37,130 bases of DNA from Nemertoderma westbladi. Lineage: Eukaryota; Animalia; Xenacoelomorpha. A model generated the notes under the pieces. The model ran no database searches, was not told where the DNA came from, and was given only the letters and a program-made list of their open reading frames with translations. Below, piece after piece: positions 20,945 to 34,100 of the stretch; within the stretch, counting starts at the first letter, position 1, and every line of letters begins with the position of its first letter. The DNA is taken from contig JAUCBJ010003764.1 in NCBI GenBank assembly GCA_032718475.1, forward strand, positions 1 through 37,130, read 5' to 3'. The position numbers and the translations under genes are program-made.

Positions 20945-21298
20945 AGTGCATAAACTAGACTAAACTTATATTGAAAAGGTAAATAATTATGAAAGTTCAT
21001 ATATTGACCTGTAATAACAAACTTTCAATGTTTGTTAACCGGACCTTTAGGATTGTTCTTCTTATATAGCATTTCATATAGAAATTAGTAAATTACTGTA
21101 TGCCATATCTTTAGATGAAATGGTTATGATGAAAAGGCTTTTTTAATTATTTATAATTTAGGTTAATTTTTCTCCGTTGTATTAATTATAATTATTGTCA
21201 AACATAACCTTACTTTAGTTTGCTTTATAATGGTGCCTGCTGGACCCGAAATGTCGTGTTTTGGATTTACTGTCTGTAATATTTGTTGTGTAAACTGA
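20945..21298 (+). mobile_element. Penelope-like fragment in inverted orientation (decayed RT C-terminal region plus pLTR end)
   Basis: 21141-21298 is the reverse complement of 15842-15999. Upstream decayed coding FVNRTFRI..FHIEISKL..IFR*NGY matches the Penelope post-RT linker. Confidence 0.75.
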
Positions 21299-21302
21299 GT
21301 AA

Positions 21303-21500
21303 GGCGGGGTAGCTCAGTTGGTTGAGCGTCGGGCCTGCAATCTATTGGTGGTAGGTTTAGCCCCGCCAGGGTCCACTCAACCTTTCATCCACTGGCGTCG
21401 ATAAAATGAGTACCAGTTAAATAACTGGGAGCAAATCTTGGGATAGGAGTGGCGCCCACCCTACCTTGGGGTAGCAGCTATCGAAATGGCCTGCAGCGAA
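21303..21500 (+). mobile_element. tRNA-derived SINE with a Nin/Deu-type conserved domain
   Basis: A box TAGCTCAGTTGG, a Cys-like anticodon loop CT-GCA-AT and a degenerate B box GGTTTAGCCCC. Followed by CCACTCAACCTTTCATCC...GTCGATAAAATGAGTACCAG, which resembles the Nin/Deu core. 3' end uncertain. Confidence 0.75.
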
Positions 21501-21804
21501 CAATAATTCTTGCAATCTTTGAACGCCTATGTTTCAGCTGTTTCTCAACGAAATTCAGATATTGTTACATATTTGGAATACTTGGAACGCAAGCTTTTTA
21601 ATAATATCTATAAAGCGAGGTTAATGTGAAGATTGGCAATGATAGGAGTTATGTGCAATTTCGCAAAAGACACTTTTTTAAAACGCTTATTAAAAAAATT
21701 GGAATCGAAAATTCCGGCTTCATGGTAACAACCACGGTGAGTTGATGAACTAGTTGTGTTTCAAATTTCAAGCAATATGATAAAGAAAGATGTGTAGAAA
21801 AATT

Positions 21805-21830
21805 GGGGGGGGGGGGGGGGGGGGGGGGGG
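21805..21830 (+). repeat. Poly-G tract (26 nt); another G20 lies at 16132-16151
   Basis: Direct reading. Confidence 0.9.
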
Positions 21831-22140
21831 TGTCCGTGTCATCAGAAAATAACACTATATTACGGGTCATGGTGTACTTAATAACAAAAAACTTAAAAAA
21901 GATTTGAAGAACAAATATTTTGAGAATATCCTTTGTAATTCCCCCAAATGGCAACTTTATTATTGCTAGTTTGTGTTGCTTGTTATAGAAAATGTTCCTG
22001 AACAAAATAACATGTTTGCCATTAATTAATAATAATGTTCTAGAACAAATATTTTTTGTTTTGAAACCTTTTTTTGCTCGAATTTGTAATTTGTTCCACA
22101 GATTATTTATTATATTCATTTTTATATATTTTTAAACCAT

Positions 22141-25100
22141 AAAACTAACCCAAACGCTATCCCTAACGCTAACCCAAACGCTATCCCTAACGCTATCCCT
22201 AACGCTATCCCTAACGCTATCCCTAACACTAACCCAAACGCTATCCCTAACGCTATCCCTAACACTAACCCAAACGCTATCCCTAACGCTATCCCTAAAA
22301 CTAACCCAATCCTAACCCAAAAACTATCCCTAACACTAACCCAAACGCTATCCCTAACGCTATCCCTAACACTAACCCAAACGATATCCCTAACGCTATC
22401 CCTAACAGTAACCCAATCCTAACCCAAAAACTATCCCTAACACTAACCCAAACGCTATCCCTAACGCTATCCCTAACACTAACCCAAACGATATCCCTAA
22501 CGCTATCCCTAACAGTAACCCAATCCTAACCCAAACGCTATCCCTAACACTAACCCAAAAGCTATCCCTAGAGCTAATCCAATCCTAACCCAAACGCTAT
22601 CCCTAACACTAACCCAAACACTATCCCTAACGCTATCCCTAACACTAACCCAAACGCTATCCCTAACGCTATCCGTAAAACTAACCCAATCCTAACCCAA
22701 AAACTATCCCTAACACTAACCCAAACGCTATCCCTAACGCTATCCCTAACGCTATCCCTAACACTAACCCAAACGCTATCCCTAACGCTATCCCTAACAC
22801 TAACCCAAACGATATCCCTAACGCTATCCCTAACAGTAACCCAATCCTAACCCAAACGCTATCCCTAACACTAACCCAAAAGCTATCCCTAGAGCTAATC
22901 CAATCCTAACCCAAACGCTATCCCTAACACTAACCCAAACGATATCCCTAACGCTATCCCTAAAACTAACCCAATCCTAACCCAAGCGCTATCCCTAACG
23001 CTAACCCAAACGCTATCCCTAACGCTATCCCTAACGCTAACCCAAACGCTATCCCTAACGCTATCCCTAACGCTATCCCTAACGCTATCCCTAAAACTAA
23101 CCCAAAAACTATCCCTAACACTAACCCAAACGCTATCCCTAACACTAACCCAAACGCTATCCCTAACACTAACCCAAACGCTATCCCTAACACTAACCCA
23201 AACGCTATCCCTAAAACTAACCCAAACACTATCCCTAACGCTATCCCTTACACTAACCCAAACGCTATCACTAACGCTATCCCTAACACTAACCCAAACG
23301 CTATCCCTAAAGATAACCCAATCCTAACCCAAACGCTATCCCTAACGCTATCCCTAACACTAACCCAAACGCTATCCCTAACACTATCCCTAACACTAAC
23401 CCAAACGCTATCCCTAAAGATAACCCAATCCTAACCCAAACGCTATCCCTAACGCTATCCCTAACACTAACCCAAACGCTATCCCTAACGCTATCCCTAA
23501 CACTAACCCAAACGCTATCCCTAACACTAACCCAAACGCTATCCCTAACACTAACCCAAACGCTATCCCTAACACTAACCCAAACGCTATCCCTAACGCT
23601 ATCCCTAACACTAACCCAAACGCTATCCCTAACACTAACCCAAACGCTATCCCTAACACTAACCCAAACGCTATCCCTAACGCTATCCCTAACACTAACC
23701 CAAACGCTATCCCTAACACTAACCCAAACGCTATCCCTAACGCTATCCCTAACACTAACCCAAACGCTATCCCTAACACTAACCCAAACGCTATCCCTAA
23801 CACTAACCCAAACGCTATCCCTAACGCTATCCCTAACACTAACCCAAACGCTATCCCTAACGCTATCCCTAAAACTAACCCAAACACTATCCCTAACACT
23901 AACCCAAACGCTATCCCTAACGCTATCCCTAACACTAACCCAAACGCTATCCCTAACACTAACCCAAACGCTATCCCTAACGCTATCCCTAACACTAACC
24001 CAAACGCTATCCCTAACACTAACCCAAACGCTATCCCTAACACTAACCCAAACGCTATCCCTAACGCTATCCCTAACACTAACCCAAACGCTATCCCTAA
24101 CACTAACCCAAACGCTATCCCTAACGCTATCCCTAACACTAACCCAAACGCTATCCCTAACACTAACCCAAACGCTATCCCTAACGCTATCCCTAACACT
24201 AACCCAAACGCTATCCCTAACGCTATCCCTAACAGTAACCCAATCCTAACCCAAACGCTATCCCTAACACTAACCCAAACGCTATCCCTAACGCTATCCC
24301 TAACACTAACCCAAACGCTATCCCTAACACTAACCCAAACGCTATCCCTAACGCTATCCCTAACACTAACCCAAACGCTATCCCTAACGCTATCCATAAC
24401 AGTAACCCAATCCTAACCCAAACGCTATCCCTAACACTAACCCAAACGCTATCCCTAACGCTATCCCTAACACTAACCCAAACGCTATCCCTAACGCTAT
24501 CCCTAACACTAATCCAAACGATATCCCTAACGCTATCCCTAACAGTAACCCAATCCTAACCCAAACGCTATCCCTAACACTAACCCAAACACTATCCCTA
24601 ACGCTATCCCTAACACTAACCCAAACGCTATCCCTAACGCTATCCCTAAAACTAACCCAATCCTAACCCAAAAACTATCCCTAACACTAACCCAAACGCT
24701 ATCCCTAACGCTATCCCTAACACTAACCCAAACGATATCCCTAACGCTATCCCTAACAGTAACCCAATCCTAACCCAAACGCTATCCCTAACACTAACCC
24801 AAAAGCTATCCCTAGAGCTAATCCAATCCTAACCCAAACGCTATCCCTAACACTAACCCAAACGATATCCCTAACGCTATCCCTAACAGTAACCCAATCC
24901 TAACCCAAACGCTATCCCTAACACTAACCCAAACGATATCCCTAACGCTATCCCTAACACTAACCCAAACGCCATCCCTAACAGTAACCCAATCCTAACC
25001 CAAACGCTATCCCTAACGCTATCCCTAACACTAACCCAAATGCTATCCCTAACGCTATCCCTAACACTAACCCAAACGCTATCCCTAACGCTATCCCTAA

Positions 25101-28100
25101 CACTAACCCAAACAATATCCCTAACACTAACCCAAACGCTATCCCTAAAACAAACCCAATCCTAACCCAAACGCTATCCCTAACACTAACCCAAACGCTA
25201 TCCCTAAGGCTATCCTTAACTCTAACCCAAACGCTATCCCTAACGCTATCCCTAACACTAACCCAAACGCTATCCCTAACGCTATCCCTAACACTAACCC
25301 AAACGCTATCCCTAAGGCTAACCCAATCCTAACCCAAACGCTATCCCTAAAGCTATCCCTAACACTATCCCTAAAGCTAACCAAATCCTAACCCTAACGC
25401 TATCCCTAACACTAACCCAAACGCTAACCCAAACGCTATCCCTAACACTAACCCAAACGATATCCCTAAAACTAACCCAATCCTAACCCAAACGCTATCC
25501 CTAACACTAACCCAAACGATATCCCTAACGCTATCCCTAACACTAACCCAAACGCCATCCCTAACAGTAACCCAATCCTAACCCAAACGCTATCCCTAAC
25601 GCTATCCCTAACACTAACCCAAATGCTATCCCTAACGCTATCCCTAACACTAACCCAAACGCTATCCCTAAAACAAACCCAATCCTAACCCAAACGCTAT
25701 CCCTAACACTAACCCAAACGCTATCCCTAAGGCTATCCTTAACTCTAACCCAAACGCTATCCCTAACGCTATCCCTAACACTAACCCAAACGCTATCCCT
25801 AACGCTATCCCTAACACTAACCCAAACGCTATCCCTAAGGCTAACCCAATCCTAACCCAAACGCTATCCCTAACGCTATCCCTAACACTATCCCTAAAGC
25901 TAACCAAATCCTAACCCTAACGCTATCCCTAACACTAACCCAAACACTATCCCTAACACTAACCCAAACGCTATCCCTAACGCTATCCCTAACACTAACC
26001 CAAACGCTATCCCTAACGCTATCCCTAACACTAACCCAAACGCTATCCCTAACGCTATCCCTAACACTAACCCAAACGCTATCCCTAACGTTATCCCTAA
26101 CACTAACCCAAGCGCTATCCCTAACGCTATCCCTAACACTAACCCAAACGCTATCCCTAACGCTATCCCTAACACTAACCAAAATGCTATCCCTAACGCT
26201 ATCCCAAACACTAAACCAAACGCTATCCCTAACGCTATCCCTAACACTAACCCAAACGCTATCCCTAACACTATCCCTAACACTATCCCTAAAGCTAACC
26301 AAATCCTAACCCAAACGATATCCCTAAAACTAACCCAATCCTAACCCCAACACTATCCCTAACACTAACCCAAACGCTATCCCTAACGTTATCCCTAACA
26401 CTAACCCAAGCGCTATCCCTAACGCTATCCCTAACACTAACCCAAACGCTATCCCTAACGCTATCCCTAACACTAACCAAAATGCTATCCCTAACGCTAT
26501 CCCAAACACTAAACCAAACGCTATCCCTAACGCTATCCCTAACACTAACCCAAACGCTATCCCTAACACTATCCCTAACACTATCCCTAAAGATAACCAA
26601 ATCCTAACCCAAACGCTATCCCTAACACTAACCCAAACGCTATCCCTAACACTATCCCAAACACTAAACCAAACGCTATCCCTAACGCTATCCCTAACAC
26701 TAACCCAAACGCTATCCCTAACACTAACCCAAACGCTATCCCTAACGCTATCCCTAACACTAACCCAAACGCTATCCCTAACGCTATCCCTAACACTAAC
26801 CAAAATGCTATCCCTAACGCTATCCCAAACACTAAACCAAACGCTATCCCTAACGCTATCCCTAACACTAACCCAAACGCTATCCCTAACACTATCCCTA
26901 ACACTATCCCTAAAGCTAACCAAATCCTAACCCAAACGCTATCCCTAACACTAACCCAAACACTATCCCTAACGATATCCCTAAAACTAACCCAATCCTA
27001 ACCCCAACACTATCCCTAACACTAACCCAAACGCTATCCCTAACACTAACCCAAACGCTATCCCTAACACTATCCCAAACACTAAACCAAACGCTATCCC
27101 TAACGCTATCCCTAACACTAACCCAAACGCTATCCCTAACACTAACCCAAACGCTATCCCTAACGCTATCCCTAACACTAACCCAAACGCTATCCCTAAC
27201 GCTATCCCTAACACTAACCAAAATGCTATCCCTAACGCTATCCCAAACACTAAACCAAACGCTATCCCTAACGCTATCCCTAACACTAACCCAAACGCTA
27301 TCCCTAACACTATCCCTAACACTATCCCTAAAGCTAACCAAATCCTAACCCAAACGCTATCCCTAACACTAACCCAAACGCTATCCCTAACGCTATCCCT
27401 AACACTAACCAAAATGCTATCCCTAACGCTATCCCAAACACTAAACCAAACGCTATCCCTAACGCTATCCCTAACACTAACCCAAACGCTATCCCTAACA
27501 CTATCCCTAACACTATCCCTAAAGCTAACCAAATCCTAACCCAAACGCTATCCCTAACACTAACCCAAACGCTATCCCTAACGCTATCCCTAACACTAAC
27601 CCAATCCTAACCCAAACGCTATCCCTAACACTAACCCAAACGATATCCCTAACACTATCCCTAAAGCTAACCAAATCCTAACCCAAACGCTATCCCTAAA
27701 ACTAACCCAAACACTATCCCTAACACTAACCCAAACGCTATCCCTAACGCTATCCCTAACACTAACCCAAACGCTATCCCTAACGCTATCCCTAACACTA
27801 ACCCAAACGCTATCCCTAACGCTATCCCTAACAGTAACCCAAACGCTATCCCTAACGCTATCCCTAACAGTAACCCAAACGCTATCCCTAACACTAACCC
27901 AAACGATATCCCTAACACTATCCCTAAAGCTAACCAAATCCTAACCCAAACGCTATCCCTAACACTAACCCAAACGCTATCCCTAACACTATCCCTAAAG
28001 CTAACCAAATCCTATCCCTAACACTATCCCTAACACTAACCCAATCCTAACCCAAACGCTATCCCTAACACTATCCCTAACACTATCCCTAACACTAACC

Positions 28101-31100
28101 CAAACGCTATCCCTAACGCTATCCCTAACACTAACCCAAACACTATCCCTAACACTAACCCAATCCTAACCCAAACGCTATCCCTAACACTAACCCAAAC
28201 GCTATCCCTAACACTATCCCTAAAGCTAACCAAATCCTAACCCAAACGCTATCCCTAACACTAACCCAAGCGCTATCCCTAACGCTATCCCTAACACTAA
28301 CCCAAACGCTATCCCTAACACTATCCCTAAAGCTAACCCAATCCTAACCCAAACGCTATCCCTAACACTAACCCAAACGCTATCCCTAACGCTATCCCTA
28401 AAACTAACCCAATCCTAACCCAAGCGCTATCCCTAACGCTAACCCAAACGCTATCCCTAACGCTATCCCTAACACTAACCCAAACACTATCCCTAACACT
28501 ATCCCTAACACTAACCCAAACGCTATCCCTAACGCTATCCCTAACACTAACCCAAATGCTATCCCTAACGCTATCCCTAAAACTAACCCAATCCTAACCC
28601 AAACACTATCCCTAACGCTATCCCTAACACTAACCCAATCCTAACCCAAACACTATCCCTAACGCTATCCCTAACACTAACCCAAATGCTATCCCTAACG
28701 CTATCCCTAAAACTAACCCAATCCTAACCCAAGCGCTATCCCTAACGCTAACCCAAACGCTATCCCTAACGCTATCCCTAACACTAACCCAAACACTATC
28801 CCTAACACTATCCCTAACACTAACCCAAACGCTATCCCTAACGCTATCCCTAACACTAACCCAAATGCTATCCCTAACACTAACCCAAACGCTATCCCTA
28901 ACGCTATCCCTAACACTAACCCAAACGCTATCCCTAACACTAACCCAAACGCTATCCCTAACGCTATCCCTAACACTAACCCAAACACTATCCCTAACAC
29001 TAACCCAAACGCTATCCCTAACGCTATCCCTAACACTAACCCAAATGCTATCCCTAACACTAACCCAAACGCTATCCCTAACGCTATCCCTAACACTAAC
29101 CCAAACACTATCCCTAACACTATCCCTAACACTAACCCAAACGCTATCCCTAACGCTATCCCTAACACTAACCCAAGCGCTATCCCTAACGCTATCCCTA
29201 ACACTAACCCAAATGCTATCCCTAACGCTATCCCTAAAACTAACCCAATCCTAACCCAAGCGCTATCCCTAACGCTAACCCAAACGCTATCCCTAACGCT
29301 ATCCCTAAAACTAACCCAATCCTAACCCAAGCGCTATCCCTAACGCTAACCCAAGCGCTATCCCTAACGCTATCCCTAACACTAACCCAAATGCTATCCC
29401 TAACGCTATCCCTAAAACTAACCCAATCCTAACCCAAGCGCTATCCCTAACGCTAACCCAAACGCTATCCCTAAAGCTAATCCAATCCTAACCCAAGCGC
29501 TATCCCTAACGCTAACCCAAACGCTATCCCTAACGCTATCTCTAACACTAACCCAAACACTATCCCTAACACTATCCCTAACACTAACCCAAACGCTATC
29601 CCTAACGCTATCCCTAACACTAACCCAAATGCTATCCCTAACACTAACCCAAACGCTATCCCTAACGCTATCCCTAACACTAACCCAAACGCTATCCCTA
29701 ACGCTATCCCTAACACTAACCCAAATGCTATCCCTAACACTAACCCAAGCGCTATCCCTAACGCTATCCCTAACACTATCCCTAACACTATCCCTAACAC
29801 TAACCCAAACGCTATCCCTAACGCTATCCCTAACACTAACCCAAACGCTATCCCTAATGCTATCCCTAACACTAACCCAAGCGCTATCCCTAACGCTATC
29901 CCTAACACTATCCCTAACACTATCCCTAACACTAACCCAAACGCTATCCCTAACGCTATCCCTAAAACTAACCCAATCCTAACCCAAACGCTATCCCTAA
30001 CGCTATCCCTAACACTAACCCAAACGCTATCCCTAACGCTATCCCTAACACTAACCCAAACGCTATCCCTAATGCTATCCCTAACACTAACCCAAGCGCT
30101 ATCCCTAACGCTATCCCTAACACTATCCCTAACACTATCCCTAACACTAACCCAAACGCTATCCCTAACGCTATCCCTAAAACTAACCCAATCCTAACCC
30201 AAACGCTATCCCTAACGCTATCCCTAACACTAACCCAAATGCTATCCCTAACGCTATCCCTAACACTAACCCAAACGCTATCCCTAACGCTATCCCTAAC
30301 ACTAACCCAAACGATATCCCTAACGCTATCCCTAACACTAACCCAATCCTAACCCAAATGCTATCCCTAACGCTATCCCTAAAAACTAACCCAATCCTAA
30401 CCCAAACGCTATCCCTAACACTAACCCAAACGCTATCCCTAACGCTATCCCTAACACTAACCCAAACGCTATCCCTAACGCTATCCCTAACACTAACCCA
30501 AACGATATCCCTAACGCTATCCCTAACACTAACCCAATCCTAACCCAAACGCTATCCCTAACGCTATCCCTAAAGCTAACCCAATCCTAACCCAAACAAT
30601 ATCCCTAACACTAACCCAAACGCTATCCCTAAAGCTAATCCAATCCTAACCCAAACGCTATCCCTAACACTAACCCAAACGCTATCCCTAACGCTATCCC
30701 TAACACTAACCCAAACGCTATCCCTAACGCTATCCCTAATACTAACCCAAACGCTATCCCTAACGCTATCCCTAATACTAACCCAAACGCTATCCCTAAC
30801 ACTAACCCAAACGCTATCCCTAACGCTATCCCTAATACTAACCCAAACGCTAACCCAAACGATATCCCTAAAACTAACCCAATCCTAACCCAAACACTAT
30901 CCCTAACGCTATCCCTAACACTAACCCAAATGCTATCCCTAACGCTATCCCTAACACTAACCCAAACGCTATCCCTAACGCTATCCCTAACACTAACCCA
31001 AACGCTATCCCTAACACTAACCCAAACGCTATCCCTAACGCTATCCCTAATACTAACCCAAACGCTATCCCTAACACTAACCCAAACGCTATCCCTAACG

Positions 31101-34100
31101 CTATCCCTAACACTAACCCAAACGCTATCCCTAACACTATCCCTAACACTATCCCTAAAGCTAACCAAATCCTAACCCAAACGCTATCCCTAACACTAAC
31201 CCTAACACTATCCCTAAAGCTAACCAAATCCTAACCCAAACGCTATCCCTAACACTAACCCAAACGATATCCCTAAAACTAACCCAATCCTAACCCCAAC
31301 ACTATCCCTAACACTAACCCAAACGCTATCCCTAACGCTATCCCTAACACTAACCCAATCCTAACCCAAACGCTATCCCTAACACTAACCCAAACGATAT
31401 CCCTAACACTATCCCTAAAGCTAACCAAATCCTAACCCAAACGCTATCCCTAAAACTAACCCAAACGCTATCCCTAACACTAACCCAAACGCTATCCCTA
31501 ACGCTATCCCTAACACTAACCCAAACGCTATCCCTAACGCTATCCCTAACACTAACCCAAACGCTATCCCTAACGCTATCCCTAACAGTAACCCAAACGC
31601 TATCCCTAACGCTATCCCTAACAGTAACCCAAACGCTATCCCTAACACTAACCCAAACGATATCCCTAACACTATCCCTAAAGCTAACCAAATCCTAACC
31701 CAAACGCTATCCCTAACACTAACCCAAACGCTATCCCTAACACTATCCCTAAAGCTAACCAAATCCTATCCCTAACACTATCCCTAACACTAACCCAATC
31801 CTAACCCAAACGCTATCCCTAACACTATCCCTAACACTATCCCTAACACTAACCCAAACGCTATCCCTAACGCTATCCCTAACACTAACCCAAACACTAT
31901 CCCTAACACTAACCCAATCCTAACCCAAACGCTATCCCTAACACTAACCCAAACGCTATCCCTAACACTATCCCTAAAGCTAACCAAATCCTAACCCAAA
32001 CGCTATCCCTAACACTAACCCAAGCGCTATCCCTAACGCTATCCCTAACACTAACCCAAACGCTATCCCTAACACTATCCCTAAAGCTAACCCAATCCTA
32101 ACCCAAACGCTATCCCTAACACTAACCCAAACGCTATCCCTAACGCTATCCCTAAAACTAACCCAATCCTAACCCAAGCGCTATCCCTAACGCTAACCCA
32201 AACGCTATCCCTAACGCTATCCCTAACACTAACCCAAACACTATCCCTAACACTATCCCTAACACTAACCCAAACGCTATCCCTAACGCTATCCCTAACA
32301 CTAACCCAAATGCTATCCCTAACGCTATCCCTAAAACTAACCCAATCCTAACCCAAACACTATCCCTAACGCTATCCCTAACACTAACCCAATCCTAACC
32401 CAAACACTATCCCTAACGCTATCCCTAACACTAACCCAAATGCTATCCCTAACGCTATCCCTAAAACTAACCCAATCCTAACCCAAGCGCTATCCCTAAC
32501 GCTAACCCAAACGCTATCCCTAACGCTATCCCTAACACTAACCCAAACACTATCCCTAACACTATCCCTAACACTAACCCAAACGCTATCCCTAACGCTA
32601 TCCCTAACACTAACCCAAATGCTATCCCTAACACTAACCCAAACGCTATTCCTAACGCTATCCCTAACACTAACCCAAACGCTATCCCTAACACTAACCC
32701 AAACGCTATCCCTAACGCTATCCCTAACACTAACCCAAACACTATCCCTAACACTAACCCAAACGCTATCCCTAACGCTATCCCTAACACTAACCCAAAT
32801 GCTATCCCTAACACTAACCCAAACGCTATCCCTAACGCTATCCCTAACACTAACCCAAACACTATCCCTAACACTATCCCTAACACTAACCCAAACGCTA
32901 TCCCTAACGCTATCCCTAACACTAACCCAAGCGCTATCCCTAACGCTATCCCTAACACTAACCCAAATGCTATCCCTAACGCTATCCCTAAAACTAACCC
33001 AATCCTAACCCAAGCGCTATCCCTAACGCTAACCCAAACGCTATCCCTAACGCTATCCCTAAAACTAACCCAATCCTAACCCAAGCGCTATCCCTAACGC
33101 TAACCCAAGCGCTATCCCTAACGCTATCCCTAACACTAACCCAAATGCTATCCCTAACGCTATCCCTAAAACTAACCCAATCCTAACCCAAGCGCTATCC
33201 CTAACACTAACCCAAACGCTATCCCTAAAGCTAATCCAATCCTAACCCAAACGCTATCCCTAACACTAACCCAATCCTAACCCAAGCGCTATCCCTAACA
33301 CTAACCCAAACGCTATCCCTAAAGCTAATCCAATCCTAACCCAAACGCTATCCCTAACGCTATCCCTAACACTAACCCAAACGCTATCCCTAACGCTATC
33401 CCTAACGCTAACCCAAACGCTATCCCTAAAGCTAATCCAATCCTAACCCAAGCGCTATCCCTAACGCTAACCCAAACGCTATCCCTAACGCTATCCCTAA
33501 CACTAACCCAAACGCTATCCCTAACACTATCCCTAACACTAACCCAAACGCTATCCCTAACGCTATCCCTAACACTAACCCAAATGCTATCCCTAACACT
33601 AACCCAAACGCTATCCCTAACGCTATCCCTAACACTAACCCAAACGCTATCCCTAACGCTATCCCTAACACTAACCCAAATGCTATCCCTAACACTAACC
33701 CAAGCGCTATCCCTAACGCTATCCCTAACACTATCCCTAACACTATCCCTAACACTAACCCAAACGCTATCCCTAACGCTATCCCTAACACTAACCCAAA
33801 CGCTATCCCTAATGCTATCCCTAACACTAACCCAAGCGCTATCCCTAACGCTATCCCTAACACTATCCCTAACACTATCCCTAACACTAACCCAAACGCT
33901 ATCCCTAACGCTATCCCTAAAACTAACCCAATCCTAACCCAAACGCTATCCCTAACGCTATCCCTAACACTAACCCAAACGCTATCCCTAACGCTATCCC
34001 TAACACTAACCCAAACGCTATCCCTAATGCTATCCCTAACACTAACCCAAGCGCTATCCCTAACGCTATCCCTAACACTATCCCTAACACTATCCCTAAC

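Noticed and set aside
21303-21370. Functional tRNA-Cys gene
   Set aside because: Broken anticodon and T stems, degenerate B box, and continuation into a SINE body.
21500-22140. DNA transposon or Helitron end adjoining the satellite, and the 156-aa ORF
   Set aside because: No TIR, TSD or terminal hairpin identified; the ORF is AT-rich with poly-Pro from the G tract.
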